NCBI RefSeq assembly: GCF_031769215.1
Contig: NW_026781921.1
Location: forward strand, 124,001 to 188,000
Direction of reading: 5' to 3'
Length of the DNA stretch: 64,000 nucleotides
DNA from: Ylistrum balloti
Lineage: Eukaryota
Positions 12,901 to 25,565 of this stretch are shown in pieces (positions within the stretch are counted from its first letter, which is position 1; each line of letters starts with the position of its first letter). The position numbers and the translations under genes were made by a program. Below the pieces are notes generated by a model. That model was given only the letters and a program-made list of their open reading frames with translations, did not search any database and had not been told where the DNA came from.

Positions 12901-13750
12901 ATGACCGAATGCAAGTTCCAGATTCCATTTTCTTGTGAATTACTGTTAACTCAAATATACTATAATGTGTCATCACATCGAGATGTTTAATTTGAAAGTG
13001 TTTTTTTCAATTTTTGAACTTTTTGGAAATTAAGAAGAGGAAACAGACTTCACTTTCTAACTGATGGGTGTGTTTAGATGTCAGTGAAACTTACCAAAGG
13101 GAGATAACTGATGTGAAGATAATGATTATTCAACTTGCAAGTCAGCCAGATATGAATGATCTTGCTGGTATAAAAAAAAAATTCTATAAACAAAAAGAAC
13201 ATATCACACCATTGAGACAAAAAAAACATGAATTAAATTCAGGACTACCTTGAATTTTATGTAGAAATTATATATTTCAAAAGAAAAATTATATAATATT
13301 ATCATTGATTTCTCTTGAGGATGTATGGCGTAGGTAATGCCATTTCTGGTAAAAATAATTTATTGTATCTTTTTACAAACTACCTGGCAGTGTAGGTTGT
13401 ATTCCTTCAGTCCTTTTTCTAATATGGAAGTGTTTGAAATTAACATTCAGTTATGTACATATAATGACCATGTTCCATTTAGGTTGGGAATTTAACTTTG
13501 ATTACTTTTTCTACAGATTACTGAAGTTGTTCTGCTGTCTTTCTGCATGCATTGTCTTATGTAAAATTGTGTGATGTTTTGTTTGTAGTTGTATTTTCCT
13601 CAGCCATAAAAATTATTTTTCTTTGTGTAAAGTGTACAAGGTTGGTTGAAGCTAAATTCTGTTTTAAGAGAAATTACTGGCAAAAATGTAAATGTTTTTT
13701 TTAGTATAAACTGTTTGTAAACAATTATGTTTTATATTGGATCAGAATGG
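12901..13750 (+). other. ZNF706: Probable terminal non-coding (3'UTR) exon of ZNF706; 3' end uncertain
   Basis: Very strong acceptor tttgtttttctggttttctgttttcag at 12900; donor GAG|GTACAT at 9394/9395, 20 nt after the stop; U-rich downstream sequence. Confidence 0.55.
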
Positions 13751-13807
13751 GGAACACATTGAACCAACTATTTCAAAGTAGGACATATTTAAAGAATATG
13801 TACTCTG

Positions 13808-14175
13808 TTTTTAGCCCATCATCAGATGGTGATGACTCATCAAATCCCCTTGTGTTCATTGTCCGCCTGACAACCATCCTTAAGTAATTTCTGTTATTGC
13901 CATTAACAGGAAGTGAATAGATTTTTCTCAAATTTCATATGAAGGTTTCCCTTGGTCCCTCATTGATATCAAGATTGATCAGAAGAAAAAAGGAACTGAA
14001 ATATGACCATCTTTGATTCCTGTTCGATATTGATTTTTTTTTTTTTTCAAAGGAATTTCCAAATTTTATGAGTTTTAGAGCAAAAAAAGAGAATAGAGGG
14101 AAAAAGATCTAACTTTTAAAGAACAAAGGAGGATCAGACAATTGTGGGTGCCAGGTTCCCTATAGGATCTATTGT
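13808..14175 (+). mobile_element. Decayed non-autonomous Helentron/DINE-like element
   Basis: Starts tttttagcccatcatcagatggtg and ends with a hairpin-like ggttccctataggatct, resembling the bivalve 'tttttagc...' repeat families (recognised from memory). Confidence 0.4.
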
Positions 14176-15354
14176 CGATTCATGTCTCAGCACGCTTAAA
14201 TAGAATTATTATTAATTAGGAAAAAAACTAGTGTTTGACTTGATAAATATTGTTTTAAATCACAAGTTGTATTTACACATAGAAAGTAAACTGTAAATAT
14301 GTTGATAAAGGTTAAAGTAAATATGTTTTTAAGAGTTACCCCATATACAGTTGCTTCTAGACTGTTATAGGACAAACTGTACAAGGTCATGTCTTCTTCA
14401 TTGGCAAGGAAACCGTAGCAGCCCCTGACAATGGTTTTAAATGTCTCAGTCTTTCAAAGCAAATGTAAAAAAAATGTTTCCAAAATAGCTATGAAACAAA
14501 TTATTTCCTTACAAGGCAGTTGAGGGAATTTTCGGATATTTTGTTATTATTCAGCGGAAGATGTATGTACAGTATAAGTAACCTCATTGCAGGGAAACGT
14601 TTTAATTTTTCGGCCAGGAAACATCTTAACATCTTATTCTGTAAATTTTCACCCAGTAAAAATAACAAATACTCCGTAAAATCATCACTCAGATTTATTG
14701 TGCAAGAGACTGGACCAATACATTAAAAAAAACACTCAATCAACTTTTTATGTCAAAGAGTCCAAAGAATTGTCATCAATATAATGTACCTTTTATATAA
14801 CTTCTTACAATACCAAATTTTCTATGTAATTTAGTCATTTACAGGCAGTAAAATTTCATCACTAGATCATCATTACTGAAGTATCATAATGGTAATGGGA
14901 CATTTTCTTTATATTTAACCTAGATTTTTTACTTCTGATATGTCTACATTTACGATTGATGTTATGAAATGAAGAAAAAGATATTTGAATATGATACATG
15001 TATTTTTTTTCTGATTCAGCTTCTGGTCACATTGATACACATCTTGGGTCATTTTATCAAAATCTTGTTCACAAGTTCCTGTTGTAAAGAGGTCTGATGT
15101 TGACTATTATCAATGATATTTGTATGAGTATTAACTACAGGTTTGTATACCTGTCTTGTTACTGAATCATAGCAAGTGTTGTCATGTTTTAGTGACAGAT
15201 TTGAAAAAGATTGTATGATTTGAGGAGACTCGAAAATATCTAGCCAACATCTCATTGATCGAGGTATTGGTGAAAATGGATAGAAATCAATAGAACATTT
15301 TGTCTGAGGGTCATTTAGGTATTGGATGAAATTATTGGATTTCTGAAACTCATA

Positions 15355-15590
15355 TTTCCCATGAAGTGATAGATAAAACTAGAGAAGGCCTGAATGTCAT
15401 ATTGTCATTGAATTGGTTGATAAATCTGGAGGATTCATGAATGTCACATGACCTTGAGGTGGTTGCTTAAACTAGATGAATATTGAACAATCAAATTGTC
15501 CTTGAGTTAGTTGATAAAGCTTGAGGATTCCTGAAAGATCTTATTGTCCTTGAAGTGGCTGATAAAGCTTGGGGACTGCTGAATGATAAG
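15355..15590. repeat. Degenerate ~47-bp tandem repeat, about 5 copies
   Basis: attgtccttgaagtggttgataaagcttgaggatt variants at 15401, 15447, 15495, 15543. Confidence 0.65.
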
Positions 15591-16433
15591 ATTATATACT
15601 TCTTGGAAAGAGTTCATAGATATTGATCAAAGGGAGGCAATCTGTAAACTTCAGTGACTTAAATTTGAATTTTATAACTGATGGTGTTATCAGTTGATAT
15701 CTCTTGCCTTGAAATGGTCATTTTTTATTTGTATTTTTTCCTGTATTTAGAGTCCAAATAGCTTAAGTTTTTTTCTGAAAAATGAAAAAAGTTCTGTAGG
15801 GACAAAAATTGTGGTTTATCAATAAGTTATATTTGAGGTGAAGAACACTTACAGTGTGTGTTCTACCTCATATACACCCACCTAGACCCTCAAAATTTGA
15901 TATTAGATTGTGTTTGAGGCTATTTACATATACATTAGTAGTTTCCAGAAAAACCCAGTGATTGCTAATCTTGAAATCATAGATATTGTTATTCTTATTG
16001 AAACATATATGTATAGTATGAAACATTCTATAACTTAATCCTAGTATGAGTGACTCTAGTGAGCATATAGATTTTATCAAATTTTATTTATTGTGTTTTT
16101 TGCAGGTACTGTGTTTACTGTAAACCTAAGAAAATATTTTCATTTTGGATGAAAAGATAGATTTTCAAATCAGTGAAAACCATTAACCTTTCAAACAGTA
16201 TTTCACTACTCATGTACCAATTGTTGTGTGACTCAGTAATCTGTTTATCAGTTCTTCAAACGAAGTAAACATATCTACAGGAAACACAGAGTTCGATTTG
16301 GTTGAGGCTGTTATGACTGAATGTGTCATTTTCTGTGATCTGATACTTGCCTACTGTTTCAAAACAATATGATGTATCTTGAACGAAGAAAAAAACAAAC
16401 AAAAAACAAAAAAAAAGCTTCACCATTTTTTTC

Positions 16434-16437
<4 letters not shown>

Positions 16438-16473
<36 letters not shown>
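16438..16473. repeat. (TA)n microsatellite
   Basis: Direct reading. Confidence 0.95.
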
Positions 16474-16479
<6 letters not shown>

Positions 16480-16571
16480 CGTTAACCGTTTTCTTTCCTT
16501 ATTCTATGGAGCACCTCGTGCATTATGTAGTAGGAGACTTGGTTGGCTGAACAGGTAGTATTTTGGAAGCA

Positions 16572-16862
16572 AGTAGTTGTACTGAAAAATTTAGGACCTG
16601 GTCACTGCGGTGTAAAGACCAGATTGTACATTAAGTGTAATATTTGGCAAGCTGTCGAGGTTAGGAAGGAAGTAGTTGTACCGATACACGGAGAACCTTG
16701 TCACTGAGGTGTAAAGACCAGATTGTACATTAAGTGTAATATTTGGCAAGCTGTCGAGGTTAGGAAGGAAGTAGTTGTACCGATACACGGAGAACCTAGT
16801 CACTGAGGTGTAAAGACCAGATTGTACATTAAGTGTAATATTTGGCTAGCTGCAGTTGTACT
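16572..16862. repeat. 99-bp tandem repeat, about 2.8 copies
   Basis: 33-aa periodicity in ORF 16591-16803; near-identical DNA units. Confidence 0.9.
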
Positions 16863-17084
16863 GTTTCTACACATTTCTTTAATTGGTGCAATTTGTCAGT
16901 AAAAAAGTATTTTATATTGTTGGGTTTTGTTTTGCATCCTTATGATAACACTGGTAATATTTATGACATGTTAACGTGTAATGTATGAATGAAAAAGAGA
17001 TATGCACTAAAGGAATGATCACTAGAATCGAGTCAAGAAGAAAATACCAGCATGTCAACAATATTATAATACAAACTCAAATTA

Positions 17085-17575
17085 TTAACAAAAGAAACAT
17101 TTACATAGAGTTTCCTGTATAAGTACAAGGAGAATAAGACCAGGTTTTCCGGAAGAGTAAGCGTCTTCTGCTTCATCGACAAAAGCCGCTATATAAACCT
17201 TGGTAAATCCAAGTAATGTCTTGTTCTCATTGTGAACGAGGTATACGACAATGGAGCCAAGAGGTAAACTAACCAGCATCAAACAAGTCCAGCGTCACAG
17301 AGCACAGAGAAATACAATATTCTCAACGAGACCACTACGAACTAGAACTTCCCCCATAATTTTCACTAACCTGAATCTTTTGAAACCCCGTTCCTAGTTG
17401 ACGATTCTTGCACGAAAATGGTAATAATGGTAACAGGCACTTGAGTATCGAATCAACTGCGATATGTCAATACCATAGGTTGGGGATGCAGGCGGATTGC
17501 CGTCAAGAAAAGGAAAATTCACAATAGGGAAGTTGAAATTATCACCTTATTATACAGCTTGGTTGAAAGCTGTCT
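17085..17575 (-). mobile_element. Penelope-like retroelement 3' fragment (RT C-terminus plus 3' tail)
   Basis: Minus strand reads RQLSTKLYNK/DNFNFPIVNFPFLDGNPPASPTYGIDISQLIRYSSAC, typical of the PLE (Naiad/Chlamys-like) RT thumb; tail motif at 17130-17190. Confidence 0.85.
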
Positions 17576-19775
17576 ATGTTGGTATCGTTGTAGGAAATGA
17601 TCGAAATAAGCGACTAACTTAAAAAAAGTCTGTTGTGTTCTTGACTTCCTGGTTGGTATACACAATGTAGTAAAACAAATGAAATAAATGAAATCATATA
17701 ACAAAAATCACGGAAATCAAACACAAAATGTAACAAATGAAAGATCATCGGAATGAAACATACCATTAATCAAAAAGATAAAATGTATTTTCTCCAGACA
17801 GAGAGAGATGGTTCAAGATTATATTGAGACAGTCTCTCGTCTCGCCAATGCTAAAAATTAGACCGATGTTTTTACTGATAGATGTATGTCGTCATCATCT
17901 TGAAAAGCCATAAATATTGACCTTCATCCAACTCCATACATGAGTCAAACATGCTTCACAGTTTATGGCGATTACTATCTGCTTAAAGAATTTCAGGTGA
18001 TGTAGCTCCTCACGCGAGATCAGACTGAGCTACGTGTAGCCTGTTGCCAATCTTGATTGGAATAGCCAAAAGACTACTGCCATGATCTCGAACAGTAGAT
18101 ACATGTAGCTTGGATTCTATCCATTTTTTGTAAACGGTTTTATATAGCCTATGATGATTAAAGTATCAGTAGCTTGTCCTGTTGCAAACTTTAATATATC
18201 CAAAGTAGAAAACAAAAATTTAAGTCATAGTTTTTATATAGAAAGAAATTAATGGCAACGAAGGAAAAAAAAGTAAACTAAATAGTAAGTAGAAATTTAA
18301 AAATCAATCGCATTCAAATTCAAAGGACTTTGGTCCTTATAGTTATGTTGATGAATGTTATCAAGGATCAAAAGTGATATGACATTAAAAACTAACATTT
18401 TTTTATTGCCAAAATTCTCAGAGAAATTATCAGTGTATTTCAATTCAATAATGACCACAACTTTATTGGTGCGTACTGAAACTTCGGGAAATTTGAGGTT
18501 TCCTCCGCTGTGCCCCATCGCCTACATTTGAATTTTTTAGACTAGTTTTGAAATACCGTAAGTGAGGTTCCATCACCCGTGAATTCGCCTGGAGTGCTCG
18601 CTGCAAAAACTATACACATAAAGGAGTTCTCAAATAGCTAACAAGTCTATTTCATTAAATGTTTATTTATTACAGGAAGGAGACTTTTGTACGAACACCC
18701 AAAGTATTTCAACGTGAACATTTTACTAACAAATAGCCACTTACACAGTCCGTGGGATGGGGCTTAAAACGGTGGCCCGTGTTTGAATGTCCAACGATAA
18801 AGATCCCTCTTCATTAATAGTAATCATTTATTTCAGAAAAAAGGTAGCCATTATAACGCCAACCCAGAGGTCACATCTAGATTAACAGTAGGGGTTTTTT
18901 TTATAAAAAAAAAATAGCCGAACTTTCAATATATTACAGACATATTTAAATTCATATAGAGTAGGTTCCCATCATCTTCCTCGCTGTTCACGACCGGTCC
19001 TCTTTTGTGACGTGCCCATGGAGAGTAATTAGACCAAGGGATGGTCTTAAAAATCATATTTTAAGAACGGGCTTGATAGTATAGACAAATGTTTCTCTTC
19101 CCTCATCTTTGTATCCTACTTTCTCCTAAAACTCCATACTTTTCCCTTTCTGTTCATTTTCCTATCTTTTCTCGTCCGCTGATAGACCGAAAGACTATTA
19201 TAGTGGATGTAAAACCCGTTCAGCCCCTTTGACGTATTACTTGAATTAAGACATTAAATATAAAATGAATTCCAACACATTTGTATGAACTTTTGTGTTC
19301 TTATACTCTCTGTTATCAATTATTGTACTTATAATCTTAAAAGTTCGATTTCTATAACGTTTTGAAGAAATTGCGCTCGTGGTTTACGTTTTTGACGGCG
19401 TTGTTAACGGCGTGATTCGGCTAATAGCGTCAACAATTTCAACGTTTTCTGGTTGCTAAGGTACTTCTCTTTAGTATAACTCATCACAAGAAGACTACAT
19501 CTTTGAACTAAATCAAATTACCACGACTATGACGTAATGCCGATATTTGCGAGGATAATAACGGACTTGGGGATATTAACAATCATTCAACTGAATCTAG
19601 TCATGTAAGAGTTATTTCCCTTTACGTGTTATATCTGCTGGGAATCACAGGTAATTACTACTAAATTCTGCCGTTCCTGAAATATAAATCATAGGAAGGC
19701 AGACATGACATTGCTTGCTATACAATTCATTATTTTGTTCGAGTTCAATAATATAGTCTAAAGTATTCAAAAGTA

Positions 19776-19947
19776 CCTAGCCGTCCGTTATTCGATTCCC
19801 GGAATGGAAGTGAAAAGGTATGAGGTCACCTGTCCGACCACGTGGGTTTTTCCCAGGTACTCCGGTTTCCTCCCACACCAAGACCCCTCGCGCGCTTCCA
19901 TCCGAGCCAACAAGAGTGATTAAATTCGCAATTGTTGTAAATAAAGT
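19776..19947 (+). mobile_element. 5'-truncated tRNA-derived SINE with V/Meta(MESC)-type core
   Basis: Degenerate B box TTCGATTCC, core GTGGGTTTTTCCCAGGTACTCCGGTTTCCTCCCAC, AT-rich tail; same family as 60700-60900. Confidence 0.85.
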
Positions 19948-20206
19948 AATATATAATATATTCAATACCCTGAACATTTGATAATATCCAGGGTATTGAA
20001 TAGTAAATACTGTTAAGAACGAAAGTATTGGCTAAAGATACGATAAATGTGTGATTATAACCAGACAGGCTTATTCATATAGTTGATGTGACTACAAACA
20101 ATAGTTATATACAATGGTATGTAGCTAAGCTCTAAAACACCCCTAGAATTTTTATTGATATTTCCAATATATAATGAATATGTTGAAGACGTCGACTATC
20201 CTCACA

Positions 20207-20446
20207 NNNNNNNNNNNNNNNNNNNNNNNNNNNNNNNNNNNNNNNNNNNNNNNNNNNNNNNNNNNNNNNNNNNNNNNNNNNNNNNNNNNNNNNNNNNNNN
20301 NNNNNNNNNNNNNNNNNNNNNNNNNNNNNNNNNNNNNNNNNNNNNNNNNNNNNNNNNNNNNNNNNNNNNNNNNNNNNNNNNNNNNNNNNNNNNNNNNNNN
20401 NNNNNNNNNNNNNNNNNNNNNNNNNNNNNNNNNNNNNNNNNNNNNN
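20207..20446. other. Assembly gap
   Basis: Run of N. Confidence 1.
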
Positions 20447-20721
20447 TGATTGAAGACCATTTGGGTGCATGACGACCCCGGTATTAGCAATTAGAATCAG
20501 CTTATGTGATTGTAAACTTCGCCATATGCTCGAAATTAAAAAAAGGAACCAAATCTATAATATTTAATAACATGTAATAAATCCGTAATGTACCTCGACA
20601 GTATCAAATCAATGAGCGTCACTGATCATTTGAATTGTCAAGTATGGAGCCATCTCTATTTGAATTATCTAAACGTTGTGCTTTTCTGTAAAATGTTTAT
20701 TGTTAACCTTCCTGTTGTTTA

Positions 20722-20900
20722 AGAGTGTGACATTACTTAGTTGGATTGACCAAGATTTACATGACAAATGTTGTCGAAAAAACGCTTATTATTCCGGAAC
20801 ACGTGGTCTTATTCTCCTTTTCTCTCACTTTTCCAGGTGTCCCCGTGTAAATCATATTGTGTTCTTGTGTTGTCCTCTCATTTGACTATATTGTATCTAC
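20722..20900 (+). mobile_element. PLE 3'-tail fragment
   Basis: ttggattgacc...gtcgaaaaaacgcttattattccggaacacgtggtcttattctcc matches the tails at 17130 and 28188. Confidence 0.75.
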
Positions 20901-23900
20901 TTGAGCCTCTTTACTTATCTCTTGTACAAGTTTTATCTATTTTTGTTTGAATTAAAACATGTTGGTATCTTTATATTGGTCGGACGTTGCTAATCAACAT
21001 TAGCTGTGACCATTATTTTGTAATCGCCTAACTTTTGCTTTACATAATTCTAAAAAAAAAAAGGTTAATAATAATTTTTCTTGGTAACAACATGATCGGC
21101 CTTGGTGACCATGTACTGACACAATCTTTGTCAAATCCTACAGAGTTTAAATTACTGTTGTTACATGCCATTGTTTGTAAATTCGTGCTCCTAATGCTAT
21201 CATTTGACTGCTAAATCAAGATGCAGTTGAAAGTTCAGGCAGTTGGTTATTTCTTTGATCTTCAAATTATATCAATAATGATTTCTATAAACAATAGAGT
21301 GTTTACGTCGAAGAATAGAGAGTGAACTGGTCCTAGGTTATCGCGATATTTGGAGGTAGCAATGCCGTGAATTAGGAAACCGACGGTGAGATTCGCGTGG
21401 CTGCCAACATCAAGCTTAGATGACCAGACCAGATGGTGGGGTCTATTGGTTAAAGCTAAATTTTTAAGTATGTAAGGTTTTCATGTCAGAAACAATAAGT
21501 GAACTTACCGCCTCTAATTGATTCTGACTGCGAGAGTCTATTTATAGGTAATATGTTATGTTGAACATGTTGAAAATACTTTAAAATAAAAAATATTTAT
21601 GAACATAAACAAACGTGGAAAGACTTTAAATTCAGTTAAATTAGGATCATATCTTTTTAATGTTTAAAGATTTTTAGTTCGTTCGAGCAATGTTTTCACA
21701 ACAGAACTCCTATCTTAAAAGATACAAGTTTACAAGTTTTATTAATCACTCCAGACACACCATAAGTGTGTAACAGGAGGTCAATAATCAGATACAATCA
21801 GATACATTGTTACATATTGTCTGCAAATAATCAGATACATTGAAAAACATTAAAGTCATATTCTAGTAAACTGTCCCGCTAATGATGTTATCTGTCACGT
21901 AAAACGGTATCAATTTTTAGTGGTACTGTTAAACACAACAGTGCAGTGACATAATCAGGCAGTGAACACGACATTGAACAATTGAAATGAGATTAACTAT
22001 TATTATAAATGTGACGGACAAACTCGTAACACAGAGTTTAAACAAATGTAGGTTGATAAAAAATAATAATAAGTATCGAGAGAGGAAGAAAAACTTCATC
22101 CCGAAATAGGTAATCTGTAATTCTAAATTAAAGTTATAATTCTCAAAATGTTAACAGCAATGTAAAGTTCATTTATAGGTGTGTATCAATATATTTTATA
22201 TTGCAATAGGATATATTTCAAGGCTCCGTCATTTATAATCTATATAAATGCCACAACAAAGCAATTCATTGTTTGTCTTTGATGCTGATTATAACAATTA
22301 CACTCAGGTTATTTATTGACGACAGTGTAATCCTTCAGACAGCCTTCTAACAGACATTTGGCGGTGTATCGTCGCAGGTCTCCGACGACAATAATTTACA
22401 GTCATTTGAAACTATTTTGGTGTTTCTGTAATAGTATTGTCATACAATTTTAAACAGAACCCAATAATCGCCTCGTACAATTAGAGTGGGATAAAAGTAC
22501 ATTAGTTACCTTTATACTCTGCCAACGGGATGTAGCACACATTAGTCGCCTCATGTGATATGATGATCCGAGTGCAGGGTATAAACCATTGTTTGTATAC
22601 AGGTATGTGTTATACATTGTCATACTAATCGTATAAAATGCCACAAAACAAGAAATGTTTTGACGTGTTAACGAAATGGGTATATATTTTTATTATTTCC
22701 AATTAATCTTTTTTTGTCAATTCCAAATTTTATGGGGTTTTGTCTCTTCTAAACTAGTGTTTTATCATATCGTGACTTATATCGCTAACTTCAAACACCA
22801 ATATGTATTTGATGTTTTTAGATGTATGCTATCAGTACATAGACAAAATAACACCCGACGCCATCTATAAAACAGAAGTTGTATCACAAAGGTGAATATA
22901 TATTTGGTGTTTGTCTATTGACGCAACCTTTATGTGCTTTGTCTTTATTAATCTGGTCATCATCTTCAAACAGGACGATTTGGTGTATCTGAGACCGAGT
23001 TATATAAATGTAGCCGACGGATCAACATGTGAAGAAGCAGGCGATAAAACGCCACTTAAAGAGTCTGCCCTCTTCAAAACTTCTACACTTTCTTAATATA
23101 ACCTCGAACACAGTTATATATCAATCCGCATGTCTCATTTTCAATTATTAATACTGCCTCTGTGGATTTTCACATAGTTTTCTTCCTCTCCGGCGTCATC
23201 GCGATAGTAGGATAATAATCTTCAAAGATTTCATAAGATTAGGTGATTTTCATGGTTAAACGAATACCATTACATTATGAAGAACATCTGGCCCACGTTG
23301 AATGTACTTTCTACTTTGTATATACAATTTCAAACAACATAACACAGGTAATGTGTTTTGACCACGGTGACTGCACGATGTAACAGAATCTAAAGCACGT
23401 GCCGATCATGCATTTTATAGTACGTTAGCACGTGTAACTCAACGAATTTAACGTATACATCGTGTTTTTCTGATTCATCATTGTTTTCCTTTCGCTTTCT
23501 CTATTTTCTGGTGTGTACATATTCAGACAGTCGCTAGAATATTTGATATGCATATTGTATGATTTGAAGTCAATCTTTATTAAGGCTACAAGGGATAAAA
23601 AAAAAATATCAGTACCAATTTGGGGTCAGGTATTGTAGAGCCAAATGATAATTTGCACTGCATCATACAGGTGTTTTGTCCTTCTGGGACCCCTTGTTAT
23701 GCTGCAAGGAGCCTTACATTTAAAAATCCGCGTATCGACAAAGGAAGAATTTTAAAATGTCGAAAGGAACGCCGAAACCTGTATCGGATCGTGCGCAAGT
23801 CCCACAATTCAATAAATATTGTGATAAGTAAGCCACAGTACCTATAAGCTATCGTCAGGTATTGTAGGCTACGGTAATCTAATTTCAAAAATTAATTAGA

Positions 23901-24079
23901 TTAATTTCATAAGTAAACTCATTCATTTGGCTCACTTTTGCAATTATCTTATATGGAAAACCACAACACTGTATAATTGTTGGGTAACGTACCATCCTCT
24001 CGTTATGTTCGCAGCAGTAGCTGTTGTTAGGACAGGTTTTGATTATCTTAACTTGTATAATCTTAGATTTTCTCACTAT

Positions 24080-24190
24080 AAATTGACTAAGATTTACATG
24101 ACGGTTATTGTCGATGAAATAAAGGAAGCTTATTATTCCGTAACATCTGTTCTGATTCTCATTGTACTTTTCAGGGGTCCGTTTTCTTTT
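24080..24190 (+). mobile_element. PLE 3'-tail fragment
   Basis: acggttattgtcgatgaaataaaggaagcttattattccgtaacatctgttctgattctc. Confidence 0.7.
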
Positions 24191-25379
24191 GGTCATATTC
24201 TGCCACCTTTCCATCGAATTTGTGCTTGAATGAAGATTCTGTTGATAAGACAGTATTCCTTTGTCCCTATCATCTGTCCGAGAGGGAGAAAACACGTGCA
24301 ACATACGCAGAAGCATTACTCAAACATCTCCTTTTATAAATTAATCACAAAATCCTACATATCTTTTAGTTTGCAGTCTTGTCCATGCAAATGAAAAAAA
24401 AAAACAAAGAAAAAAATGGGTGGTGGGGAGAGGGGTGGTAAAAAGGGAGAAAAAAGTCAGACGAGTATTTCTATGGTTTAACATAGGATGAAAAAGCAGC
24501 ACACAGTATAAAACTAGACTCCGCTGGAAGCGTCCTATCATTGTCTAGGACACGGAGATGTAAACTCTAACCAGAATATTACACCTATCTTTATCTACCT
24601 CAACAGTAAATGGCTCGTTTCAAAAAGTGTAGTGTTGAATTATCAATTACTGATGTTTTGGATCATTTAGTAAGACATTATATATTAATCCAATCATTTC
24701 ACGAATTATTTATGGTCATGTGTAAATGTACAAATTATTGGCAATAATGTAAACCAGCCCGTTGACTCAGAACGAGGCAAAATTTGGTATAAATACTTCA
24801 AATTGTGTACATCATGTCTGCTTTTGTGTACAGGTCAGTACAAGTGTTTAGAATACAGTTTTGACTGTTTGATTTTAAGCATTACGAAAAAAAAACAGCT
24901 TAGAAAAATTACCTTTCATCGTAAACATAAACTAAATGAAGTTCTTTATTAACATTTTGATATCTTATTTAAAAGGAAGACGATATTTTAATAAACAAAT
25001 AGTAAATGGAAATAACAAATCTCTATATATAATAATTAACTGACACGTAATACGGGATTCGGACCACAAACAAATTCTCCTACAACATCCCACATGTAAA
25101 CAAATAACGAATTATCCCCAAGGAATAACAGCGGTACTTACTGTTAGAGATTTCATATTTCTAGGTTTCTGAATAAAACAACGTAAAAACTAGGTTTCAC
25201 AGTAGAATGCATTAAACATGGAATTGGTTTGAGAGATGCAGGTTTAATGAGGATTATGGGAAGGTGTTTTGTCGTCATAATGATCTCACGAGGAAAACAT
25301 TATATTTATTTTTTTCAGGATTTTTGAATGTCAAATGGTTTCTTTGTTTACCTACTTATCGTTAGGAAACATGACGCTA

Positions 25380-25565
25380 CTAACATGGATTGACCAATAT
25401 TTAAATGGTGGTTGTCTTCGAAGAAATAGAAGACGCGTATTCTTCCGAAACACATGGTCATATTCTTCTTTTACATTTGTTGTCAGAATTCTCCGTGTAA
25501 ATCTTTAATTAATTAAGATATTTTGCCCTGATTTCATCTCGAATTTGACTTTGAATTAAGATTCT
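25380..25565 (+). mobile_element. PLE 3'-tail fragment
   Basis: ggattgacc...gaagaaatagaagacgcgtattcttccgaaacacatggtcatattc...attttgccctg. Confidence 0.7.

Noticed and set aside
17130-17190. PLE tail as a SECIS element (some Naiad PLEs encode selenoproteins)
   Set aside because: ATGA is present but there is no 11-13-bp helix II, apical AAR or opposing GA.
19179-19200. ctgatagaccgaaagac (and ctgatgagg near 34582) as hammerhead-like
   Set aside because: Core incomplete, no stem II partner or GAAA in the right place.
20132-20490. ORFs spanning N runs (also 33731-34018 and 59169-59575)
   Set aside because: Assembly gaps translated as X.
21503-21547. Minus-strand TATA + Inr-like + GTAAGT donor
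   Set aside because: Would give an ~11-nt exon with no identifiable downstream exon; could be chance.
23885-24316. 143-aa and 100-aa antiparallel ORFs
   Set aside because: They overlap a PLE 3'-tail fragment; no recognisable domain.
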